This document shows positions 13,261 through 24,962 of a DNA stretch of 64,000 nucleotides, piece after piece. Within the stretch, counting starts at the first letter, position 1. Every line of letters starts with the position of its first letter. The notes below the pieces were generated by a model. The model worked only from the letters and a program-made list of their open reading frames with translations, was not told the DNA's origin and did no database searches. The stretch lies in the NCBI GenBank assembly GCA_964016885.1, contig OZ024742.1, positions 277,016,001 through 277,080,000 of the forward strand, written 5' to 3'. Source of the stretch: Eledone cirrhosa. Its lineage: Eukaryota. The translations under genes and the position numbers were made by a program.

Positions 13261-14733
13261 TACTTTGCATTTGGGACATAAAATGGAGTTTCTACCTACT
13301 CCTTTCTTACACACTGAGCATGGCCATTTCCCGGATGGGACCGGTGCCCTATTTTCCTTCCTACAAACTAGAACTTTAGTCTTAGACAGGTTAATTTTAA
13401 GTCCTTTTGACTCTAGGCCGTGCTTCCATGTTTGGAATTTCTTCTCTAGTTCAGCCATTGATTCAGCTAGAGCATTAGATCATCTGCGTATAGGAGTTCC
13501 CATGGGTAGCTGGTCTTGAACTCCACTGTTATAGCCTGAAGGGCAATAATAAATAGTAGGGGGCTAAGAACGGAGCCCTGATGAACACCAACTTTTACGC
13601 TAAACTCTTCACTATATTCGTTGTTAATTATAACCTTACTGACTGTTTCTTTATACATGGCTTGTATATTTCTCACAAGCCATTCATCAACACCTAGTTT
13701 TCTAAGAGCCCACCAGATAATGGAACGGGGGACTCTGTCAAAGGCTTTCTCCAAGTCGACAAAAGCTAAGTATAGGGGTTTACTTTTAGCTAGGTACTTC
13801 TCCTGTAGCTGTCGTACAATGAAAAGAGCGTTTGTGGTACTTTTACCTGACACAAACCCGAACTGCATTTCATCTAGATCAATTCGCTCTCTGATTAGTT
13901 GTGCTATTACTTTTTCTGTGACCTTCATGACCTGGTCGATTAATTTAATGCCTCTATAGTTACCCCTATCTAGGGCATCTCCTTTACCCTTATAGCAGTT
14001 AATGATGATGCTGCTATGCCAGTCCTTCGGAACAACCCCATTCTGTATGACTTGGTTTACTATCCGGGTGACCATGGTGTGTCCCACCATTCCAGAAGCT
14101 TTCAGCATTTCAGCAACTTTTTCCGAAGTCCCAGCCACCTTACCCGTCTTCATATCTTTGATTGCCTTACTTATTATACTACCTTCGACTAACACTGTTG
14201 GTCCCTCTATTGGATCAATGTGGGGGAGACTGTCTTTCTCCCATTTATTCTCCTCATTTAGTAGCCTTTCGTAGTGACACTTCCAAGCTACCTTCTTATC
14301 AGCGTCAGTGATGGCAACTACACCATCATCATTAAGGACACACTCCCCGACAATATCACGGTTTTCCTTGACACATTGCCTAGCAATCCTGAACACCTCA
14401 CGTTGTAGAACATGCTTGAACTTTCTTTCCACTGCTTCCCTTCTTGCGAAGTACACTTGTCTCCTAGCTTCCCTCCTGGCCACTTGATAGTCTTTTCTAC
14501 TTCCCCCATCCCGCCATACTTTCCAAGCCTGCTTTTTGGCCTTAATTGACTCCTCCACCTTACTGTTCCACCACTACGTTACTCTCCTCCTGCCTATAGG
14601 CCTGCTCCAGCCACAGACTTCGTCTGCCGCCATCAGCCGGTTTGCTTTCAGGAATTCCCACTGTTCCTCTATATTGTACGACTCTAATTGCTCTTCCTTA
14701 CTGTCGAAAGCATTAAGTAATATGCTTTTAAAT
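13261..14733 (-). mobile_element. RTE LINE subfamily A, internal RT fragment
   Basis: ORF 13467-14558 with FVDLEKAFD, GVHQGSVLSP and LLYADD; nearly identical to 28790-30280. Confidence 0.9.
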
Positions 14734-14769
14734 TTATATACATATATATATATATACATATATATATAC

Positions 14770-14820
<51 letters not shown>

Positions 14821-14872
14821 TATATATATATATATATATATACATATATATATACATACATATATAAACATA

Positions 14873-14904
<32 letters not shown>

Positions 14905-15050
14905 CATATAAACAGAAGGGATATTCAATTTGTTGGTAATTCAACAAATATAAATGTTTATAACTGATTCAGAACACTCGACAGAATTTCTGGAGTAAAT
15001 ATCCAATGATATTAAATAAATGGAAACTATATTTATAAAACCATATTTAT

Positions 15051-15108
15051 ACTATTATATATATTTCAAAGGTACCAAAAACTTTGGTACGCTTTCATCA
15101 GATAAAAT
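15051..15108 (-). ncRNA. Type I minimal hammerhead ribozyme motif
   Basis: Minus strand: ttat-CTGATGA-aagcgtaccaaa(gtt)tttggtaccttt-GAAA-tatata-TA-atag; flanks homologous to 42323-42500. Confidence 0.7.
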
Positions 15109-15370
15109 ACAAAGTGTGTTTTATAAATTTTGACATAGCCAAGGAACATACCTTATCAGATGAATCGGATATGTCTCGATTCTACGAAGCAGATTTTAGA
15201 AAAATCTGTTTCGTAGAATCGAGTCATATCCGACGACCGAGAGATTTCAGAGTCAGGTATGATCAACATATCGATCGTGCCTCGAGCTTGTCGCCCGAGA
15301 AACATTTGTAATATGTCCAATAAATTCCTTTCGTCGCAACACAGATTCTCTTTTTTCTGTGATACATTAT

Positions 15371-16047
15371 ATCATCATCATCATCATCATCAACGTTTAA
15401 CGTCCGTGTTCCACGCTTGCATGGGTTTGGACGGGGGTAGTCCCACTTGAGGCAAGAGTGATTGTCTTGCTCGCATAGGACTGTCAGGCATGTTTTCTAG
15501 AGTTGGATGCCCTTCCTAACACCAACCACATTTACAGTGTGGGTCTGGGAGGTTTTTACCGTGTTGCCTACACGGCCACATTACAGCGTGGACTGTGTGT
15601 TTTTTTGTCGTGACACCTACACGATCTCATTTGTTTCGGCCTATGGCGCGGCACCAACATAACTTTACATAGAAGGGGGTGGTGTGGATGGAGTGGGGGT
15701 GGTGGTGGTGGGACGGGGTGTATTTTGTTAGAGATGCCTACTGGTTGGAGTAGGTTTTACTATATATTTAGGTAAGGCGGGTCTTCTCTGTTACTGAGTA
15801 CCGCCAAAGGTCTCGGTCCAGTGACATTGTCTTGGAGAGGTGTAAGTGTGTGATGTCGGAGTTTATCAGCTCGTCCCAGGTTTTTCTAGGTCTGCCTATT
15901 CCGTGACTACCGTCTATCTTTATTGCCCTGCACTTTGTCATACAGCTATCGACTTTCATGCGCATCACGTGTCCATACCAACGTAGCCTTCTCTCGAGTA
16001 AACAACATCTGATCCCTCTTATCTCTAATTTTTTCCTTAGTTCGTTT
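15371..16047 (-). mobile_element. RTE-A 5'-truncated copy
   Basis: [12 protein letters not shown]...GRPRKTW...EKTRLT stop, 3' UTR and (CAT)n tail. Confidence 0.9.
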
Positions 16048-16117
16048 ATATATATATATGTATATATTACATATGTTACATATGTACCATATATATATTA
16101 CATATATATATATATAC

Positions 16118-16161
<44 letters not shown>

Positions 16162-16255
16162 CATATATATATATATACATATATATATACATATATATAT
16201 ATATACATATATACATATATATATTACATATATATATATATACATATATATATAC

Positions 16256-16687
16256 ATAATAACTAGAAATTGATTAACATATAAATAAACATGAATAATC
16301 ACAGGAGATAATTTTTACAAGTGTGTATGTCTATTCACGCCACTGTGACGAAGCTGGTATGATGTGTGTATTTCTAGTAGATACAGCACGTGTTGCTGGC
16401 CAGTCGCTGATTTGAACTTGAAGTGTAAACATAGATCGCTGGACTTCTTCCTTGTTGAAAATCCAAGTACCGGCCTCCATGGTTTACCATTCGATTAATT
16501 GGTGAAATATATTTCTTTAATGGAATATATACAGGGAAGATTAATCATATTATAAGGTATCTATTTTTGAAGTTCTGGTTAACTTTATTTAGTTACCTAC
16601 CTCGCTATGTGTGCTTACACACTTGTAAAAATTATCTCCTGTGATTATTCATGTTTATTTATATGTTAATCAATTTCTAGTTATTAT
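16256..16687. repeat. Perfect 72-bp inverted repeat (16256-16327 / 16616-16687), probable inverted pLTR remnant
   Basis: Arms are exact reverse complements; the unit is embedded in (TA)n. Confidence 0.7.
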
Positions 16688-16831
16688 AAAATGCTCGGAC
16701 CTATTAATTAGAATCTTAGAGCTTATCTTGCGGATGATATGGCGCATGTCTTTCTGGCATGACACCCATAATTTTGATTATCTTAATTTTGGATATAGAT
16801 ATATATATACATATATATATATATATATTAC

Positions 16832-16865
<34 letters not shown>

Positions 16866-16970
16866 TACATATATATACATAAATATATATATATATATAT
16901 ATTACATATATATATATACATATATATATACATATATATATATATATATTACATATATATATATACATAT

Positions 16971-19900
16971 ATATTGGTAAACGGAATAGAAAATGCTGAC
17001 AAATTGTTCACAGTTGAAAAATGGTTTAATTAGGAATAAAAGAGTATTAGTGATTGTATGGGTTAGTATTCAGTTGTGGTTTTAAGTTTTTAAGTTTTTA
17101 CCGGTTGCGCATTTCTAAATGCTTTTCAAAAATAATTTTGAGATAGAGTGTCCGTGCTGTTTGCTCTGATCTGATTAGTTTTGGGAATTCTACCTGTTTT
17201 TATGTTAAAAAAGTGGCTCCAGCGTTATTTTTGTGTTGCAAAAATGCTTATTTTTTAGACACAGCACACAGATACAGGCAAACAAAATAACACAAGACAG
17301 GGAGGAGAAACCGATAGTAATAAAAATTATCAATCTTACTAGTGCAGAACCAACACCTAACCTTATCAACTTACTCTCCAAAGGTCTTAAATTCACACCG
17401 ACCCCACTACGTCCTAACTACTATGAAATGAAGGAAGACATCACAGACTTCTGTAGAAAGTTACAATGAGGATGAATCATTAGTCAGAAATAGAAGCAAT
17501 TACACCCCATCAAAAGGTAGAAATAAAATCCTGAACGAATTCTGTGAACACATCACAAACTTCCCTTACCAACACTTGCACAGACAAAAACACAAGCCAA
17601 ACCTCAACAAGAAAGAATGGGAAGAATTAAATAGATTCAAAAACCGACAGAACCATTACAATTAAAGAGGCTGATAAAGGGAGTACAGTAGTCCTAATGG
17701 AGACAGAATTCTATATCAACTTAGCGCTCTCCACTTTGGAAAACGAAACATACTACGAAAAGGCTGAACACTACAATCAACAGAAAATTATGAGAAACCT
17801 AAAAACTCTAATCAACCAATACAAAGAAGGACTCACTAACAAGGAATTCAGCTTCATCACAGACTTCACAAGTAAATCCAGCCTTTTCTACGGTATCCCT
17901 AAAGTACATAAAAGCGAATCAATCAGTAAGGCATGCAAGGAAGCCACAGACATAGTCATCAATGTCCCCTCACCCAATGATCTCAAATTAAGACCTATAA
18001 TAGCAGGCCCCGCTTGCGAAACGCACCGTTTTAGCAACTTCATTGATACCCTTCTCAAACCCTTCCTCAAGCACATCAAAAGCTATATAAGGGACGACCT
18101 AGATATGCCCAATCACCTCCCTAATATGCCACTTTCTGAACAAACCCTACTAGTGACGTTCGATGTAGTCAACCTATACTCCAACATCCCCCACAACCTA
18201 GGAATAGAAGCTATCCAATTCTGGCTGGATAATTTCCACAATGAACTCCCACAACGCATCAAAAAAGAATTCGTGATAGAGGGACTCAAATTTATCTTGG
18301 AGAACAATTACTTCGTTTTCAATAACAAACCCTACAGGCAGAAATCTGGGACCGCTATGGGAACGAAAACAGCCCCTACTTATGCCAACCTAGTCATGGG
18401 ATACCTGGAAATCACCCTCTACACTAAAGTCCTAAACAAATTTGGAAACACCCTCCACTTACACATTGAAAGGAACTGGAAGCGATATCTAGATGACTGC
18501 TTCATCCTTTGGCACGAAAACATCGAAAAACTTAAAGAATTTCACACCCTTATAAATGGGCTCAACACAAATATTAACTTCACGATGGAATACAGCCATC
18601 AACAACTCCCCTTCCTCGACATCTTCATTAAGATCCATAACAAAAAAATAGAAACAGACATATACTACAAGCCCACAGACTCCAAGCAATACCTCCCCTT
18701 CAACTCTTGCCACTCTAGACACGTTAAAATTAATATTCCCTACAACTTAGCCAAGAGAATCTGTACTATAGTCTCCAATAAAAACATCTGCTACTTACGG
18801 CTACAAGAACTAAAGGACACACTCATAGGCAGGGACTACCCTGCATCACTAATTGACAATGGAATCCAACGTGCCCTAAAACTCAGTACCCAGGACCTTA
18901 GACACCCTAAAGTAAATCAACCAAAACTAAAAGCTCTTCCATACATCTCCACACACAACCCCCTCAACAATGAGGCCTTTGACACCATCCTCCAGAACAT
19001 CCCTGTATTGAAAAAGGACCATAGAATGAACCAAATTCTACGAACACACGATATCATAAAGAGCAAAAGACAATCCAAGTCAATGAAAAACATCTTAACA
19101 CATGCCAAAGTACTGCCAACCACAATAACGAAACCCACAGTAAAAAAATGCGATAGACCCAACTGTGGCATTTGCATCAACCTAATAGAGGGTTCGGAAT
19201 TCTATTTCAAAGATGGACAACGTTTTATAGTAAAACACAATTTCACATGTGCATCGGAAAATCTAATATATGTATTAACTTGTTCAGGTTGTCGAGAACA
19301 ATACATAGGCCAGACCAAAAACAGCCTCCGCCAACGCATGACTGTCCATAGATCCCAAATTAAAATACGGGAATACAGGAAAATACCACTGAGTGAACAC
19401 ATTGATACCTGTGCCGCCCAAAATCATCCCAACTTCAGAATCTTTCCCCTCTACAAATTTAAAGATAATGCCACCCACACCCAGCGCATCAGCAAGGAAT
19501 CTTACTTCATTAACAAATACGGACCCCGTATAAACACTTCTCCCTAAGACGAACCCACAACATACACACGTCAACATACATACCTACATCAGCACACATC
19601 TCTACCCACATATAAACACAATGACACACGTAAACACACATGCTCTATGGTGCAATACAAAAAAATATATGTGCATATATATGTATGTATATATGTATAT
19701 ATATATATGTAGTGAATGTATGTATGTGTGTGTATATATATAGTGAATATCATTTCACACCTTTTATTGTTAAGATTTTTGATGTTCTATTAAGAAAACC
19801 GATTTTACTGAAAAAATCGAATAATGCACACCATTTTACCAGGGGGAAAAAAATACTGGTCCACCCACACACACACACACATATATATACACAAACACAT

Positions 19901-20107
19901 ACACACGCGTACATCAACATACAAAGAGACTTATACACACACACACACACACGCACTTCTCCGTATAAGACAAAAGCTGAAAAATATCTTTTGACCTTCG
20001 AATGACTCTGCTATATATACACACACACACACACACTTATCTTAATAGCCATTTGACACACATCGCTGCTGGCCATTGTCGCAGCATCTAACACCTTACT
20101 ACTACTA

Positions 20108-20177
<70 letters not shown>

Positions 20178-20707
20178 ACACACACACATATTTGTTGTGA
20201 AAGAGTCATTTCTCAATCTTGGCGCAAAACCAATTTTTTATCCACATGACCTCTACCGACCAATCAAAATTGTTTTGACCAATAATTTTTGCTGGAGCCA
20301 CTTTTTTAACATTTTAACATAAAAACAGTCTTGGCGCAAAATCAACTTTTTACATTCACATGACCTCTACCGACCAATCAAAATTGTTTTGACCACAAGC
20401 ATTTTTGCGACACAAAAATAACGCTGGAGCCACTTTTTTAACATAAAAGCAGGTAGAATTCCCAAAACTAATCAGATCAGAGCAAACAGCACGGACACTC
20501 TATCTCAAAATTACTTTTGAAAAGATTTAGAAATGCGCAACCGGTAAAAACTTAAAAACTTAAAACCACAACTGAATACTAACCCATACAATCACTAATA
20601 CTCTTTTATTCCTAATTAAACCATTTTTCAACTGTGAACAATTTGTCAGCATTTTCTATTCCGTTTACCAATATATAATAACTTGTGTGTTACACCTCTA
20701 TTCTTTT
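16971..20707 (+). mobile_element. Penelope-like element, Neptune-like clade, 5'-truncated with inverted pLTR
   Basis: 16971-17249 is the reverse complement of 20397-20674; RT-GIY-YIG body; flanked by (TA)n. Confidence 0.9.
17697..19547 (+). CDS. Neptune-like RT + GIY-YIG endonuclease (616 aa portion)
   Basis: FYGIPKVHK, LRPII, FDVVNLYSNIP, GTAMGT, RYLDD, YYKPTD, KCDRPNCGIC zinc knuckle, LIYVLTC...YIGQT. Confidence 0.9.
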   Translation: METEFYINLALSTLENETYYEKAEHYNQQKIMRNLKTLINQYKEGLTNKEFSFITDFTSKSSLFYGIPKVHKSESISKACKEATDIVINVPSPNDLKLRPIIAGPACETHRFSNFIDTLLKPFLKHIKSYIRDDLDMPNHLPNMPLSEQTLLVTFDVVNLYSNIPHNLGIEAIQFWLDNFHNELPQRIKKEFVIEGLKFILENNYFVFNNKPYRQKSGTAMGTKTAPTYANLVMGYLEITLYTKVLNKFGNTLHLHIERNWKRYLDDCFILWHENIEKLKEFHTLINGLNTNINFTMEYSHQQLPFLDIFIKIHNKKIETDIYYKPTDSKQYLPFNSCHSRHVKINIPYNLAKRICTIVSNKNICYLRLQELKDTLIGRDYPASLIDNGIQRALKLSTQDLRHPKVNQPKLKALPYISTHNPLNNEAFDTILQNIPVLKKDHRMNQILRTHDIIKSKRQSKSMKNILTHAKVLPTTITKPTVKKCDRPNCGICINLIEGSEFYFKDGQRFIVKHNFTCASENLIYVLTCSGCREQYIGQTKNSLRQRMTVHRSQIKIREYRKIPLSEHIDTCAAQNHPNFRIFPLYKFKDNATHTQRISKESYFINKYGPRINTSP

Positions 20708-20710
20708 AAC

Positions 20711-21381
<671 letters not shown>

Positions 21382-21663
21382 CTTGATCATGTTTCGCTAT
21401 CCCGTTTTCTCCCCCCATAATTATAATATTTTTATTTGAAAAAATTGGTTTTTTTACATTGTTTTCCCCTTCAAATACTTGCTTATATTTCTTTATATAT
21501 TCTCTATATATTTTTATATATATATATTTTTTATCTTTATTCTTATTTTCACTTTTATCCTCCTTTATATTTTACCTTATTCTTACTTTTATACCTTATT
21601 ATAGTGTAATCTTCCCCATGCCTTATTATACATTAATAATTATAGATTATTATTATTACTCTT

Positions 21664-21841
21664 GGATTGGCAGTATCGGTGGAGGGTCGGACGCCAAGCT
21701 TTCCAGCATAGTTACGTCCCTTTACGATCTGAGTTCAAATCCCGCCGAGGTTGACTTTGCCTTTCATCCTTACGGGGTCGATAAAATAAAGTACCAGTAA
21801 TGCACTGGGTAATTGCTGGCTTTGTGCCTAAAGTAGAAACA
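21664..21841 (+). mobile_element. Nin/Deu-like tRNA SINE inserted in the upstream pLTR
   Basis: 15-bp TSD ATTATTATTACTCTT (21649-21663 / 21842-21856); absent from the downstream pLTR. Confidence 0.85.
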
Positions 21842-22147
21842 ATTATTATTACTCTTTTTCCATTTCTAATTACCTCATGTACTTTCTCCTCCGTTATATA
21901 TATATATATTGTATGCCCTTTGTGTTTGTGTAGCCTCTGCACCCTACTATCGACGCCACCCCATCTATGGTTCAGATAACCACTCGACTCCCGGGAATGA
22001 ATATGACCGCAGCTAGTAAACAAGGACCCACACCCCACCCTCCCGCACCAAAATTAGACTTATCGTCCCCTACTTTTGCTCTTTACTCTCTTTACTCTTT
22101 GTTCTTGAATGTTTGGTTGGTAGAGTCCATAACACCAATCAAACCCC

Positions 22148-22207
22148 TTTTATAGCTCTGACGAATCCTACGGTTACGTAAGGAAGAAACATTGTAAGCC
22201 AATAAAA
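22148..22207 (+). ncRNA. Minimal type I hammerhead motif (H1 pLTR copy 1)
   Basis: gct-CTGACGA-a-tcctacg(gtta)cgta-a-gga-a-GAAA-cattg-TA-agc. Confidence 0.65.
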
Positions 22208-22410
22208 ATCTTTTGATGTTGTAGACGCTCTTGTGTTCTTTATCATATATACGGCTCTGCTCCAAAGCATAGAGCTAATTATTATGCTGCCAATACCTTA
22301 ATGGGACACGGGTATACAATACCTAACTCCTATTAACCTAAGTATTTCTACGGCTCCCCCGGGTTGAGCTAAATCCTTATAACCTGTCCACCTTGTGTGT
22401 ATGATTATAA

Positions 22411-24962
22411 TTGATTGGCAGCATGTTAACTAAAGACTACCTACCTATATCACTCAAGAACATCCCAACCCCATCCAGGACTACTTATGAGAAATTACTG
22501 ATAGCTAGTGTCAACTCCTTCGTTAAGCGTATTAGATGGCGCACTTTCCACTTCGATAAGAGAAATAAGAAATCAACCACGGTGTCCCCCAATAATAAAT
22601 TCGGTTTTAAAACCTATAGGAGCCCGCCCCATAACTCCATGCTAGATGGATTTGAGAATGACCTCCTATCACTAGTAAGGAATATTAAGTTTAAAAACCC
22701 CCATGGGAATAGCAACAAATTCCGGATGAAACTGGAAACCTTAGTTAAGGGTTTTAATGATAAAAGAGATATCCTGGTCACATCGGATAAAACCAGAAAT
22801 ATTTATAGCTTAAATTATGATATGTATCGCAGGTTTATATACAATGAATTAAATAGAAACTATAAAAAGACAACAAGCGCAAACTTAGATGAAATTAATA
22901 AGGAAGCATGCGCCATAGTGGATAAACTAGGCCTGGAAAAGTATACCCAACCATATACCCCTAGGCAACCCAGGTTCACCCTTAAAGACCATAAGGCTGA
23001 CTTCATTAGTAAACCCTCTGTTAGATTAATTAGCCCATCGAAGTCAGATATAGGAATTATCAGTAAGAAAATTTTAGACGGCGTTATAACCACCATCAGG
23101 AGGAAAATAAATCTAGAGCTATGGGAGAATACGGAAGAGGTTTTGAAATGGTTCTCAAGCCATATCAACCATAAATCCCTTAAATTTATACAATTCGACA
23201 TCGATGCGTACTACACCTCAATCTCCCCCAGACTCCTTAATAAGGCCCTAATCATGGCCATGCAGAAAAGTGACCTCACTAGGTCTCAAATTGATGTCAT
23301 TCTTGCGGCCCGGAAAACGATAATCACATTTGAGGATGAATTGTGGACCCGCAAGAATACGCCCAATAACTTCGACATCACAATGGGATCTAGTGACTCT
23401 GCACAAGTAACGGACCTGGTAGGATTGTACCTCTTAAAGGAGCTACATGAGACATTACCGCACTTGAAGGGCGGCTTATACCGTGATGACGCCCTCCTCA
23501 CTCTCGAGTATAAAAAGTGCAATATAGAAAGAACTAAGAAACAGTTACGTAGGTTCTTTAAAAACTTTAATCTAAGTATTACCATAGATGCAAATGACAA
23601 AACACTAAACTTCCTAGACGCCACCCTTGACCTAGAAACTAAAACATTTGCACCCTACCATAAACCTAACGATAGACTAACATATGTAAACGCCAGCTCC
23701 AACCACCCCAAATCAGTCCTAAACGATATTCCCAAGGGGGTCTCTAATAGAATTAGCAGACTGTCCTGTAATGAGAGTATCTTCAACTCCAATGCAGAGT
23801 ATTATGACAAGGCCCTAGCAGAATCTGGTTACGGGAGTAGATTATCATATATACATAAGGACTCCCAAACCATGAGTGTGAAACCTACCAACATAATCAC
23901 ACATAGTATGGCCACAAAGCCTAACCAACTTAGAGGCAAGAATAATAGTAAGAACCCTAATGGCGGTAACCCAGCTAAATGTAAACAACGTAAAGACAAT
24001 ACTAGAGTCCCTCACCACAACTCTAAAACAGCAAATGATCACGCCATGAATATGAACCATCCGGGCTTAAGCAAAACAGACAACGCCACTAACGTTAATA
24101 ACGGAACTCTACAAAATAGTACGCACAGTAGCGAGACTCACCCCACAGATAAGAAAAATAGAAGAAGGAAAAACATGTATTTTAACCCACCTTTTAACTC
24201 TGAGGTCCTCACTAACCTCCCCAGAGTATTCTTCTCATTATTAAAAAAAAACTTCCCACCAGGCAATAGATATCGCAACATAATTAACAAAAACGTAATT
24301 AAATTATCCTATTCGACCACACCTAACCTCGCATCACACCTAGCACGCACGAACATTAGGAAAACTAGGGAAGGTTTCGAAGCAATTAAAATGGCAGTTA
24401 ACCACCAGCAACCGACTACACTGGAAAATGGGCAACATAATAGCATCAATGAGCCATCTAATGATATAGAGGCACCTAGTGATAATGCTAGTAACCAAAG
24501 TTCGGGAGGTACGCTAACTAATCGAACCCGCAGCTGCAATTGTAGGCGAAGTAGTAATTGTCCCCTAAGGGGGATTGCCTCATGAAAAACATCGTATATG
24601 CATGTGACGTAACCACACACAACTCTACCAAAACATATATAGGTGCAACGTCCAATACATTTAAAACTAGATTTAACGCGCAAATGTACACATTTAGACA
24701 CGATAGACATAAGAATGCCACCTCACTGGCGGTATACATCTCCTTTTTAAAAAATAATAGTACCCCATACAAACTTTTTTGGAGGAAGCTTACTATATCC
24801 ACGCCATACCGACCGCAGAGCGGGAGTTGTGACCTGTGTTTACTGGAATGCCATGCCATAATACACTCTAAACTGAACATGCTTAACAGGAAATCGGAAA
24901 TTTTCTCCTCTTGCCAACACAAAATCCTGAGTTCCTTCTTCTATTTTAAACCTAGCACATAG
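22411..24962 (+). CDS. Hydra-like PLE RT + GIY-YIG with a single frameshift at the G-run ~24570
   Basis: SLKNIP, RIRWR, SDKT, FIQFDIDAYY, GGLYRDD, FNPPFN, CNCRRSSNCPL/GDCL, IVYAC...YIGAT, CDLCLLE. Confidence 0.85.

Noticed and set aside
24565-24580. Programmed frameshift before the H1 endonuclease
   Set aside because: Single copy, in a G homopolymer; the related H2 ORF is continuous here, so mutation or sequencing error is more likely.
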